A stretch of 63,997 nt of DNA, counting the filler, from Streblomastix strix (lineage: Eukaryota), in NCBI GenBank assembly GCA_008636045.1. It is 4 parts of 4 records of this genome, joined end to end, with 100 filler letters (N's around TTAATTAATTAA, not from the genome) between each part and the next. Parts side by side here need not be neighbours in the genome. Positions count along the whole stretch, not along the records: positions 1 to 16,217 come from SNRW01000856.1; 3 more parts are not named here. One strand, 5' to 3'. The notes beneath the pieces are model-generated. The model saw only the letters and a program-made list of their open reading frames with translations, was not told the origin of the DNA and ran no database searches. The stretch's first letter is position 1. The number at the start of each line of letters is the position of its first letter. Below, piece by piece: positions 1 through 13,176 of this stretch. A program made the position numbers and the translations under genes.

Positions 1-3000
1 AAAGAACAAGAAAAAGAAAGATAGAAATTATTGGTTGAATAAAAAGAGAAGGAATAGAATTAGAAACTGAAGAATATTAACAGTGATAAGAAATTGAAAG
101 TGAATTAAAAAGATAAAATTGTTAACTATGAAGTTGAAGAGGATGATTATGAAGGATTGGTTTAGAGAAAAACAGAAAATAATTAAATTGATTCTTCTTA
201 ATCAGATCAAAGTTAAGAAACAGATAAGAAGGATATGGAGTAATTAAATATTTTAGGTAAAGAAGGAGAATTAACAATTTAATAAGAATAGCAACATGAA
301 TAAAATAAATAAGAAATTAATGAATAGTAATAAGAAGTCGAACTCAATTAAATTCCACTTCCATTTCCGAATAAGCCATTCATTGCATGCCCAATTAGTT
401 TGTAAGAAATTAAATTATTTGAAAAGAAATCAATTTAATTGATCAATAAATGTATTGATGGAACATTATGGGAGACATTAAAACCTTAGAAAATGAATAA
501 GAGCAAAACATCTTCAAACCAGTTTAAATTAAATTCAGTTAATGCTAATGGAGAAAAAAAATAATAATAATTTGGGGATGATGGAATATTTGAACTTGAT
601 TTGATTGATACTAATTCAAAATAAATTTAAAGATAAGAAGATAATTAAGAGGAATTAGATGATGATGAAAATGAAATCTATAATATTATGAATGAAGATA
701 ACAGCACATATCCAGCAGCTTTTGTTCTATAAACAATTTAAGAATTAGAAGAAGAAGAAAATCATAACATCATTTATGAAGATTATTAATGCTCAACTGA
801 AGGATTGAATGCTCTTAAGAAGAAAGAAAGAGAAAAATAATTATGGTTTTAAAAATCACAAGGATTACTTAGGACATAAATAAATAAGACAGCAAATGTT
901 GAGAAATCGTCTGAAATGAAATAATCTTCAATTATAAAATAGAAAGATGCATAATAATAACAATTATAGAATTCTCCAACAGATCCAATTCCATCTTCAT
1001 TTGCTTCTCATTTATTCTTCAGAATATTCACAGATATTTTAATGACTTTGAGAATATTTTTACATTCTTCTAAGTATGAATATAAATACTATTTACTAAT
1101 TAAATTGAAATTTATATTAAATATTTTTATTATTCTATATTATTCTATATTATTTTATATTATTTTATATTATTTTTTTATTTAATAATTCATATAAATT
1201 TAAATTATGTAGATAAATAATCCCCCAAAGAGCATAAACCTTTGAAGAGAAAGAAAAGGCTTATAATTCAAAAAAGAGAAGAGAAGAATATAAACAAAGA
1301 ATTAAATAACATTAAAATTAATAAAATGATTCATCAGGTAAACCAAATACATAACTGTCTTATTAAATGAATTCAGTATTTCCAACATATTCGTATGAAT
1401 GGGCATTATTATATAACAGAGCAGTATTCTTGTCTGTATTTAGAATATTAGTTAGAATGAGTAATTAAATATCATAAGAAATAAAGAATGCAACTGAATA
1501 TTGGACAGAAAGAGAAGGAGAGAAAATGAATGAGATAATTACTAAAAATAAAAATATGCAATTAATCACTTAAAAATCTTAACTATCAACAATTAATTCT
1601 GAATTAAAAGATCCAAAAATGTAATAATTTAATTCAACATTTCTTCCCTAAAGTCAATTTCCACCTTCTTCACTAAATTCTCTGCAATAATAATAAACCT
1701 CATCTTCATCTTAATCTCCTTTGAAGAAAGACTTCTCATATTTTGTATCTTTCCTAAACGCCCAAATATTATTATTATCTTTATTTGATGAATTCTCACA
1801 ATGTCCAATATTTGATGATGACTAATAGGGATATGATTCAATATTTGTTAATGAATAATAATAAGAGATAATTGATGATGAAATTGAATAATAAGAAAAA
1901 GAAGACAGTGAATTAAATAATGATCAAAATAACAACACTTATAATTACAATAGTTATATAAATGATAAAAAGAGTAATAATAAGAGAATATAACAAAGGT
2001 AAATAATTAGAGAATGTAGAGATATTGATAGGAATGGGAAAAAATTGATTTTAGGAGTAATTCATTCATTAAGTACATTAATTAAAAATAATCAAAGTAT
2101 TTCAGTTCCTAATAAAATTAATTAAATTGAATTAGATGAAGAAGAATCAAGTGAAGAAGTAGAATAAATTGAAGATGAAGATGATGAAGATGAAGAAAAA
2201 GAAGTTGGAAGAACAACTGAATCAGAAATAAATGATGAATAACATGTTGATTAAATCAGTGAAACAAATGATTCAAATGAAAAGAAGTCAACATTTAGTG
2301 AGAAGAAGAAGAAAATAAAGAAAAGTAAAGGAAAATTAAAAGAATTAAAAGGTAAGAAAAAGAAGAAATTATCAAAAAGTAAAAGTGGGAAAACACAAAT
2401 TAATGAATCAGATGATGAATAATAAAACAGTTTAAAAAAGACTGAAAATGTGGAATTAAAAGAGAAATAGAATAAAGATACCAAAACTTAAGTTGTAGAA
2501 TAAAAAGAAGCAATGAAAAACGATTAAGAATAATTAAATAATTCATCATAACAAAAAAGAAAATTAACAAAGAAAGTTTAACAGAATTCAAAACTATAAT
2601 AAAGGAAATCAACCCGAAGTTTAAAATCAAAGAGCAAATCCAAATCCAGGTCCATTTCTCCATCTGGAAGCCGATCTCCAAATTCGCACACATCTTCTCC
2701 ATCTGAATTATCAACTCAGTTGTTTGATTCTTTGAGCAGAAATTAGAAGAAGAAGAAGAAATAAATTATTCCTTATACTCAACTAAGGCCTATTCATTTA
2801 GATTAGAGTAAATTGAACTATTTAATAATCTCTTTGTCTTCCTTATTGAAACAATCCCTATTGATATTATAGCTATATATTGGAAAGGGGAAGATCAATG
2901 AAGGAATAAATGATTAATTAAATGCAAAAGATAGAAAGAAAGATAAAGAGATGAATGAAAGAGGGAGATAAATTGATAGAAATACAATTAAAGGAAAGAA

Positions 3001-6000
3001 TAACTCACCAAATTCAGTATCTGTTTCTAAAGGTAGATCAGTTACTCCTGATTTCAGAAATAGTTAATAATCCAGCAATAAGACAATATTATTAATTCAA
3101 AAACATAATATGGTACTTACTCGATATTAAAATGAAGCTCTTTCTTCATTGTTTATTGCCATAGCATCATTCAAAACACACCCTCTATCATTACCTTAAT
3201 ATGATATTAACCATTAAATAACCAAAACTGCTGAGAAATTTGGCCTTATTCATTTAAAAGCAAGATCCATGACAACATAAGCAGAAGAAGAGAAGAAGAA
3301 ATACATCATTGAATAACTATTGGCAATGGAGAGAAATAATGAAGAAGAGAAGAAGAAGAAGAAATCAAAGAAATCTTAATCACCCACCTAATCACCTTCT
3401 TCAAAGATCAGTTATCCAACATTCTTAGATGAGGATTAATAAAATACTTCATAACTTGTATAATCTAATTCAAATAAAGAAGAATAAAAACAATAAAATC
3501 TGAATACAAATGAATCGGTAACTAAACCAATAGCATCAACACATCACGGATAATAATTATTGGTTTGGCTTAATAAAATAAATGAAGAAGATGATTAGAA
3601 GAGAAAAGAAGAGCAAAGAATAAAAGAAGAAAAGGAATAAGAAGAAATAAAGAAGATATAAAAATAAATAGAAGAATAAGAAAAAATATAAAAAGAGAAA
3701 GAAATTGAATAAGAAAAACAAAGATTGATGGAACTTGAAGAAGAAAAGAAAAAAGAAATGGAACAGACAATTTAGAAAGTTAAACAATAATAAGAAAAAT
3801 AAAATGCAAAAAATTAACATTTGAAGAACAAAGTTGTTGAATAATAGAAAACAAAGTAACAATAATAAAATGTATAATAGAAATAAACTGCTCCAAAGCC
3901 AGTGATTAATAATAATATTAATAAATAAACAAAACCAAAGAAAATGAATGAAATTGAGAAGTCTAAGAAAAGAGAAAAAGAAACCAATGATAGTAACAGT
4001 GATGATGATGAAGATGAAGATGAAGAAAGTACTGGTGATGAAGAAGAAGAATAAGAAGAAGAAGAAGTTGTATAAGAAACATATTAACAAATAATCCAAA
4101 GGTTAATTAATAGAATTCCTTAGGATAGAATAGATATGGTTAATAATGATGAATATTCAAGATTAGCAGCGGAATATGCTGTTAAATAAGCTCGTTTGAA
4201 TGAATTATTAAGAAAAGATAGAATATTGGGATAATTTAAAATATAAAGGAAGAGAAAGATTGAATAGAAACAGAATCAAAATGAAGAAATTCTTGATATA
4301 AATGATTGTGTAATTTAATATAGAAATGAATTAAATTCCATTTATTCAGAATTATAAGAGAATAGATAAAAAACAGAGTTAGTTACTCTTATATCCAATT
4401 CTGTATCTTCTACAGGATCATCAGTTGGAGAATTAACTAGAAAACCATTGACATAAAAATAGCTTAGAATATAATAAAAAAAGAATGAATAAATAAATAA
4501 ATAAATAACGCTTTCAACTTCCTAATCCAAATCTCCTTTATCTCAATCGAGTAAAATAAATTAAATACTTCAAACTCCTCCTCCCTCATAGTCATCATAA
4601 TCAATACATTAATAATCATCATAATAAATAAATAGAATTGAAAAATCAACAAATCCTTTTTAAGTTAAAAGCATAAGTTAAATTCCAATAACACTAGCTA
4701 TATCAGAGCATTTAATATTATCTGCTCCATTAGCATCAGTTAATAAAGTAATTAATTCATATTCATATTCTTCTTCATCTCCATCATAATCGCAATCTAT
4801 TACTTAAAAATATTTATAAAATAAAATAACAAATATCAAATCGCAAACTATATATCCTGTTTTGTCATGGAAAGACCAAACTGCGATAATGGGTACAACA
4901 ATACCGAAAGAAGTTTAGTAAGTGATGAAAGAAACTTCTTTTACTCTTCATAAAGTGTCAGCAAAGATATTAATTGAAGGGAGATCTGGTGGATTGATAA
5001 GAAATAAGTAATTTAAGAATAATGGATATATTTTTAATTCATCAAATTCAGATATATTTATTCGATGGCTTTCTCTATTTGGTAAATCATTATGCGAATG
5101 GCTTCCATTGGCTAATTAGAGCATACCATTGCCATCTGAGTTACCAACATTTTTTTCATTCTCATCTCCATTATTAACTTCTTTAGCTGGTTATAATAAA
5201 ACAGGGATAGTTAGCAAATAAAATGAATAAAAATAAATGATTGGAGATAAATCACTAATTGATTCTTCATTTCTTTCATCAGCTACGTTAGCTACTCTTG
5301 ATACATCCTTTTCCATTATTGAACTATTAAAGTAGAATAAATCTTTAATGAATATTTCAAAGAAACCCGAATAATCACCAAAACATTCACATTTACACAC
5401 ACATCGATCTCATTAGCATCGTAAATCTCATATTAGTGAATAAGATTTTAATTATACTCCTTTGAGTAATAATGAGAATAATAATACATTTGACTAACAA
5501 CTGAATATAAATAGTTTTTATAGTGACGATCCAGATAAAATGAAAGAAAAAGAAAATAAATACAAAAGCAAAGACAAACTTGAAATTGAAGCAGCCGTTT
5601 CTGCATTTCAGATTCTGACCAAATCCAACCCACCTCAATTACCAAAGACATTATAATATGCATTTATAATGCTCTAACTTGCTGAAGATGAAGCTACATA
5701 AGCAGAAGACTATGCATCACTGAATAATGAGATATAAGAGATGATATTAGATATAGCTGGAATATTGAATCTTACTCTTGCTCCTTAACTTGTGGAATAT
5801 AGAAAATAAGTTAAGGAATTTGAAGAATTTGAAGAAGAATAAAAGAGAAAAGATTTGTATGAAGAATAAGAAGAAACTTAAATAAATGAAATTGGAGATA
5901 AAAATAAGAGTATTAATTAAATGAGTGTGAAATCTCTTCACAAACATTCAACATCTGCTTCTCTTTCTTTATAATCATAATAAAAAAATGCATTTGAAAA

Positions 6001-9000
6001 ATAATAACCTTATTAAGAAAATTAAACTTCTAATTAATAATCTAATGAAGGAAAATAATAATTAAATATATTATTAAACTTTAATATTGATTAATCTCCT
6101 GAAAGAAGAAGATTTGCTTTAATATAATAACACTTACAATAAAAAGAAGAGGAAGCAAAGCGTTTGTAAGAACAAGAAAAATAATAATAACAACAATAAC
6201 TATAATTACAATAATTACAATAAGAGAAAACAAGGAGAGAATCAAAGCACAGAAAAAGTAAAATAGATGTGAAATCATCAATTAAGATTTAGTCATAAGA
6301 TTCATTAACTCTTACAATTCCAGATTAAATCTAATTATCTTCTTCCCAACTAATTAATACTTAATCATCTCAATTAATTGGTTCGCCAGCATCATATCTT
6401 TCTATTTCACAAACACAGATGCAATCATCTTAAACAATCTCTTTCACACCAAATACATCAAATGCAACAACTCAGTTTTTGAATTAAAGCAATTAATAAC
6501 AGTTATAATATACTTAATAATAATTCAAATATGAACCACCTTAAGATTTTATATCTCAAATAAGACCATAAACAACATAAGATGGAAGATTTTCATATAA
6601 GTTTGAAAACGTTTCACCATTGAATTCGTAGAAGCTCATCGAATAGAAAACTATAAACAAAGATATCAAACAAATTAAATTTACAAGTCCATTTCCTATA
6701 TTTGTATATCCAAATTAGTAATAAAAATATAATCAATAGGACGAATTTAATCAAACAAATTCCTTATTACAACAATAAATAAAACCACAAAAAGAATAAA
6801 TGAAAGTTTAATCATCTCCAAACAAGATCGAACCAATTCAAGAATAAAAATCATCTTCCAAATTAATTAGACCTTAAACAGCATAATAACCCTCTCCAAA
6901 GATATCAATAAATTAAACTCCAAAATCAATTACAAAAACTCAGCCAAAATCTTCTTCAAAAGTTCAACCAAAATAACAATCATAATAATAATAATCTAAA
7001 TTAAATGTCGCTGCTATTTAATCTCCATCAAATACTTATAATAAATTAATTCAATAAACTCCAACAGCCATTGCCACACCAATTAAATCAGATTCTCCTT
7101 CAATAATTAATTCTTTCAATCATCAAATAACTTAAGTAGAAAAGGAAGAGTAATTATAATCACCTCTTCCGAGTAGATAGATACAAAATATTTTCTTTGC
7201 TCTTAATGCATTCCGATTAAGTGGGAAGTCAAATCCATTCAAGTCATAACATTTAAAATAACTTGAAATGTTTAAAATTACAACACGAAACGAGTTCTAA
7301 GGATTGAGAATACTTATAGATGCTATTTGCATAGCCATTGATGATATTGCATCTTAGTTTCATAGTAAATTGTATTAAGAAAATATTAAACAGGACTAAA
7401 ACAAATAAGAATAAATAAATAATGAATAAACATAGAATTACTCACCAAACAGATCTAAATCAAATACAACAAATTAAAATAAGAATTCAGATAAGAGAGA
7501 TTTGGAGAAAGAAAAAATCTAGAAATGGAAAAGACTTTCATGGAACTAATCATAAAACTTAATTTCAATTCCATCAAATATTATTGGAAAGAAAGTTTAT
7601 TATATTCCTGAATGCATAGAAAATGAAGATCATAAAGATTCAAGGTAATAAATTGATTTTGAATAATTTGATTAGTTGGAAGAAATGTGGATGGGAATTG
7701 ATTTATGCAAATATAATGAAAATTAATCATAAGATGAAATAATGAAATAAAATATTAGTCCATCTGCATTAAGCATTTAAAGTTCAAAAACAAAGAAAAA
7801 GAAACAATCTGTTAGAAGTTCTAGTAAGTCGAGTTAAGGAAAGAAACTATCAACAATAAGAAAAGAATAATAAAACAAAACTCCAGATGAAACAAATTTA
7901 TAGCAAAGTTAAGACAAAATTTAAGATTCCTTTATCAAATTCTTGATTTAACTTCTTTCATCTTCTTTCTTACCTTCATTTTTCTGCTCATTAAGATCAA
8001 TTATTTTTTCACATGAAGTTGCCCAATCTGGATTATGTATTCTTTCAAATATTCTATAAATGATTTTTGATGCACTAAATATCAACACAAAGAAAGTATA
8101 AAACAAAGAAAATAAGTTGAATTAAACAAAGAATAAAAAGAAAGATATGGTTGAATAAAAAAGCACATCTTCAAAAATAGGAAAAGTCAATAATACAAAA
8201 TAAGAACCAGAAAAAAAGAATTTAAATTCAATAAGGCCAAAAACAGCTTCAAATAGTAATAAATAAACAATTCAACCTTAGAATAAGATTATCAATTAAT
8301 CAGTAAATAAAGGGAAATAAGCAATCCTATAAAAATCTCCTTTGAAAGCAACTTTGAATAAAAACATTTAATCAAGTATCAAAAGTAATGTAATTGAAGA
8401 GAAAAATAAATAATTAGAAGAAGAATAAGATTAAGAAGAATAATCCAACAATCATTCTGGATATCCTTCAATTGATGATGAATAGAAGGTTCTAATAAGT
8501 GAAATTGAAGATATTGAAAATCAATTATTAGATGAAGGTGAAGGAGCTCTTGAAACAAGATAACTTCTTAATCTTATTCATTTCAGATCTTTTTCACAAA
8601 TGGGAATTAATTTCATTATATAAAGAGAAAAACCGAAATAAAAAATAATTCCTGTTGAATTATAAAGAATAATTAATACAAATTCGATTGATTCTAATCC
8701 ATTGAAGAAGAAATTTGTTTAAAATTAATAAAAGGATAAAATTCAAGAAAAGACTTATAGAAGAGATAAAAACGTGAAAATGTATAAATATTTGGATAAA
8801 TGTGAAAAAGAGAAGATTTCTGCTCACGAGCATGATTATTTAAAAGATAAGCAAACTCCATTTTCTTACTCAATTCGATTCATTCCACCAAAAGACAATA
8901 ATTAAATTGCAGACTCCACAAATGCAAACAACTTAGTAACAATATTAATTCACCGTTGTTCATTCCCTATTCATTATACTCATAAAACAATGATTGATTA

Positions 9001-9578
9001 TTATTGTGAATAAACAAATAGTAAATATGGTTCTAGCATTCCTATTCCTCTGGATATACATCCTTCAATTGCTCCATTTGATTTCGTGTCACAATTAGAT
9101 GGGAATATGACATCTGATGAATTAGATGATCATTGGGAGAAACAAACTGATGATTCAGGAGGGAGGAAGAGGAAAACATCTCCTTCTTATTCTTCCTCAT
9201 AATCTCCAAATTCATTAAATTCAAAAATTAAAAATGTGAAATAATCAAATATTGTAACATCTTCTAAGAGATCAATTTCACCAAATTTATAAAAATATTC
9301 TTCAAAAATTACTAATTCAAAGTTTTCATCTAATTCCCTGCTAGAATAACTGTATTAAACAGCTGGATTCATGCTGGTTGGATTGCATAAAGATTAGGCT
9401 GATGGAATTCAGGTTGGACTCTTCATTTGGGACGTTGTTTGTGTTGCTTGCATTCTTCATAAGTATGCGAATATCTTTTAATTTATTTTATCAATATTTT
9501 ATTGATATTTTTAGGGATCTTCTTCCTATTGCACGACGCTGTATACAACTTTTATAAAAATGTACATCGTCACTATGA
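1..9578 (+). CDS. Giant (>3000 aa, 5'-partial) Q/E/K/S-rich hypothetical protein
   Basis: Open from base 1 with TAR=Gln (KEQEKERQKLL...). Introns 1074-1212 and 9463-9514 (GT-AG, phases compatible). Ends ...DLLPIARRCIQLLQKCTSSL-TGA at 9576-9578. The ~8.2 kb middle exon was spot-checked, not read codon by codon. Confidence 0.75.
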
Positions 9579-9674
9579 AATAATAATATTAAACTCTATT
9601 TTTATTAAATTTTGATTAACAATAAATATAAACTAATAAAAAACAGAATTTGAGTGAGGTGATAAAAAACATGA

Positions 9675-10274
9675 TCAGATTAAAGTCCCTCTTTCACGTT
9701 TGACAACATTTTTATGATTCAAGATTGCAAATATAAGTAGAACTTGTATACTTAAGAAAGTTGTCCATACAAAAAACATGTTTCCTTTCTTGGCAATTCT
9801 CGCAAGTTCTTTTTCATCATCAAGAATAGAACTTTATAATCCTTATTCTTCCTATAATTCTTTTTATGATGTGTCTGGCAGGGTTTGAACAGTTGATTAT
9901 CGATATGAAGCCTTTATATTTTGTTCAACAGTGGATTATAACTGTGTTAATTATGTATTAAATGAATTTGAAAGAGAGTCTACTTCCCTTTTCAAATCAT
10001 TCTCAGCAGTGCCCTTCCACAGCGCGAGTTAATTTGTTAACCATTCTGTAAAGCCAGATTCCTTAGAAATCGTACCTGCCTTTTCTGAGATTAATGATTG
10101 CAATTTTCTTCGAAATTCTTCTGCACGTCGTTTAGAATTCTCTTCTTGGACTCTAGAAAATTCAATCAAAAGCACCTCTAATTCTTTTTATGTGATTTAG
10201 TTTGGAATATTTTCACTAGGTTTTATCTCTTCTGCTCTTTCAGCAGTAAGAAGTAGGATTAAAATAAATAACAT
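9675..10274 (-). CDS. 199-aa predicted type-I membrane protein (signal peptide, helical ectodomain, C-terminal TM, short tail)
   Basis: ATG at 10274 and TGA at 9675-9677 lie 600 nt apart in one frame. Starts MLFILILLLTAERAEE and ends FFVWTTFLSIQVLLIFAILNHKNVVKRERGTLI*. Confidence 0.7.
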
Positions 10275-10837
10275 TACTAAAAAACAATAGAGTTAATAAA
10301 TAAATAATGATACAATTCCTCTTGAGCTAACTGTACAAATAAAAATATGAAAAATTGCTACATTTCCGTATAAAGTTATTTAGGCGTTGTAAAATTCATA
10401 TGGATGATATTCATATTTTATAAATTTATTTAATATAGTAGTTATTCGTTATGAGCATACGATTTATCTGAAACGCAACCACAATTCATTTTTTGATAAA
10501 TAGTAGTTGAAATATAATTATATATTTTATAAACGTAACAAGAACTGTTTTTAAATCCTTTTTCGTGGATCAGAAATTTTTTCTAAAGCAAAAATTAGAA
10601 TTTTTTAGTTATTGCTTAAATTAACCTTTACAATCATCCTCAAACCAAGAAATTTTTAATATAATTTGTCCTTAACACCTTAATAAATAAATATAAAGCA
10701 TTATTAGCTTATAACCACCAATTTAAAACAAAAACAAATTTAAGCAAATACAGCTCAAACTTTCCTAAGTAAGATTCTATTATTATTTAATAAGATAATA
10801 AAATATATATATATATTTTTATTTATTGCCAAAGAAC

Positions 10838-13010
10838 ATGGCCTTTCCAAACGCATTTGCTCAGACAGATGAAGTTTAAGAGCTCTAATCACTCGGATTA
10901 TAGGTGAAATTCTTTAGATTTTACTAAATTTTGATTTTTATTCTTCTTTATTTTTATTATTTTTATTTAGGTTATTTAAAGATTGGGGCAGAGTTCAAGG
11001 TTTGAAAAAATTTGATTCTTAGTTTTTAGTTTTTTGCAGAGTTTTCAAGGTTATGGATAATGAGAATTAAGTACTTTGCGCTATAACCAGAAATAGATCG
11101 AATTTTAACCAAATGGAGTGGGCTATAGTCAATGAACTTGCAAAAGAAGAAAAGTTTTATTATTTTTTTTTATTTTTCAAATTAAATTTTTTTTATTTAA
11201 TTTAGATAAGGAGAATATAGTGACTTCATTGTGAAATATATTTCATTGAGCAAAACTCCTTCTTTTTATATTATATTTACAAAATATTATGGTGAAAAGG
11301 TATTTATTTCAATTTTTTTTAATGCATTATATTTATTCATCATTAATTTTAAATTTTTCTTTTTAATATAAAGAATTTAGAGGATTTATCATTAGCAGGA
11401 GTATTCGCTAATAACGAGATTTGCACTTCGGTTATTATTGGTAATATATTGGAAGGAGTTTGTGGATTTTTTAATTTGCGGATACAGTTTTATCAAATTG
11501 TTTTAATAATATTTAGGTAAACGAATTTCATAAACGTGGATTTTCACATGGGTATTTGCTAATAATTTTTAATTTATAATTTTGACTTTTGAAATTTAGT
11601 AATTTGAAGGCTAATAACATATATATAACTGAAGTAGGTCCAGACAAATCAATTGCTGTAGTAACAAATCTCAGCTGTACTCAAAAAATTGGATAAACTT
11701 AAAGAATCTAGCAAAACATGTTTGTTATAATTTAATAATATTATTTATTTATTTTATTTATTGTTTTATCATTTATATAGACCACTTCAATTGCTTGTGT
11801 GTTATTATAATATATAAATAAAGTAATTATCTTATTTTCATGCTTTTCTAGCCCCCAGAATGCTTGCAAGGTTAACCATTTACACCATAGAGTGATTTGT
11901 ATATGATTGGAATCATTATGTACTCAATGCTCTTTAAAAGGTTTTTATAGATTGATATTTAAAGTTTATTATTAGCTATAATTTAATAACTCAATTATAT
12001 GCAGATTACCCTACACATCATAAACTTACCAAGAACTTTTGAATGAACAATAAAGTGGTCCCCCAAATCTAGATAAACTTTTTTTAGGAACTAATAGTGC
12101 TCTATGCACACTTCTGGCTTATGATCCTAATCAACGTTCATCTTGTGAGCAATTACTTCAAAATTCTCCATTATTCAATAAATAAGTAGATATTAATCTT
12201 ATGCAGAGTAATCCATAGTTTGCAGCATAGTTGTAATAATAAAGAGTTTATTAAAGGGGATGTTCTACAATACCCACTCATATATTAGCATAACCAATGC
12301 AACCTTCAGAACTTCTATTTGGAAGACAAACAATTTATTAACCCCCAGTGATAAAATCTGGGGTAATACCACCAAATTTAAAACCTGTTGCAATTGTTCA
12401 GCCCTCACCAGTAATTATTTAGCCTTAACCAGTAATTATTTAGCCTTAACCAGTAATTATTTAACCTTAACCAGTATATGTTTAACCGGGATTAATTCGA
12501 CCAATTAATTCAGTTCCTGAAGATCCTGGCTTTGAGTGTGAAGAATGTCACAAAAAATTCACATTCGACCAGTATAAAGATCATATCCAATAATAGCATT
12601 ATGGATCACCGTATATTTATTTTATTTTTTACAATCACATTATTTAAAATATTTTTTTAAGGTTATATAATAAAGAATTTGGTAGGAATCCCGTACCAAG
12701 CGATGAATCAATCACAATTCCTTGTGAATCATGCAAATAATAAATACCTTTCAGTAAATTCGAAGAACATATGAAAGGACATCAAAACTTAAGAATAGCA
12801 CCTGTCATTAATGATTAAGATGTTACAATTCCTTGTGATCGATGTAAGTAATAAATTCCCTTCAGTTAGTACGATGAGCATATAAAAGGACATCTTAGCC
12901 AAAGGAACGCACCTCCCATTAATGATTAAGATGTAACTATTCCTTGTGATAGATGCCATTAACAAATCCCCTTCAGTTAATATGAATAGCATTTTGCAAC
13001 TCATTAGTGA
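10838..13010 (+). CDS. Multi-intron pseudokinase with Pro/Gln linker and four C-terminal CxxC...H...H zinc fingers
   Basis: Kinase-fold motifs FHKRGFSHGNLKANNIYI, PPECLQGQPFTPQSDLYMIGII and LLAYDPNQRSSCEQLL. Fingers CEECHKKFTFDQYKDHIQQQH, CESCKQQIPFSKFEEHMKGH, CDRCKQQIPFSQYDEHIKGH, CDRCHQQIPFSQYEQHFATH. TGA at 13008-13010. Confidence 0.8.
12399..12483 (+). repeat. Coding 21-bp tandem repeat (QPQPVII x ~4)
   Basis: Unit TAGCCTTAACCAGTAATTATT repeated inside the pseudokinase linker. Confidence 0.9.
12700..13005 (+). repeat. Three 111-bp coding repeats, each one zinc finger
   Basis: First Cys codons at 12723, 12834 and 12945 (period 111). Confidence 0.85.
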
Positions 13011-13176
13011 ACAGAATAGAAACTGGTCTTAGGGAAATAAAACTTTAGACAAATATAATCTCTAATAAATACGATTAATAATTTTCATAATAAATCAAAA
13101 ATTCAAAAGACTAAAATATGAAGTCTATTAAACATTATTATTATTTATGTATAGGTTTGGTTTTTGAAATTTACTT

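Noticed and set aside
1629..9224. Many Phe/Leu/Ile-rich minus-strand ORFs in the track that look like membrane proteins
   Set aside because: They are antisense shadows of the K/E/Q-rich plus-strand gene read with TAR=Gln; the same applies to most track ORFs elsewhere.
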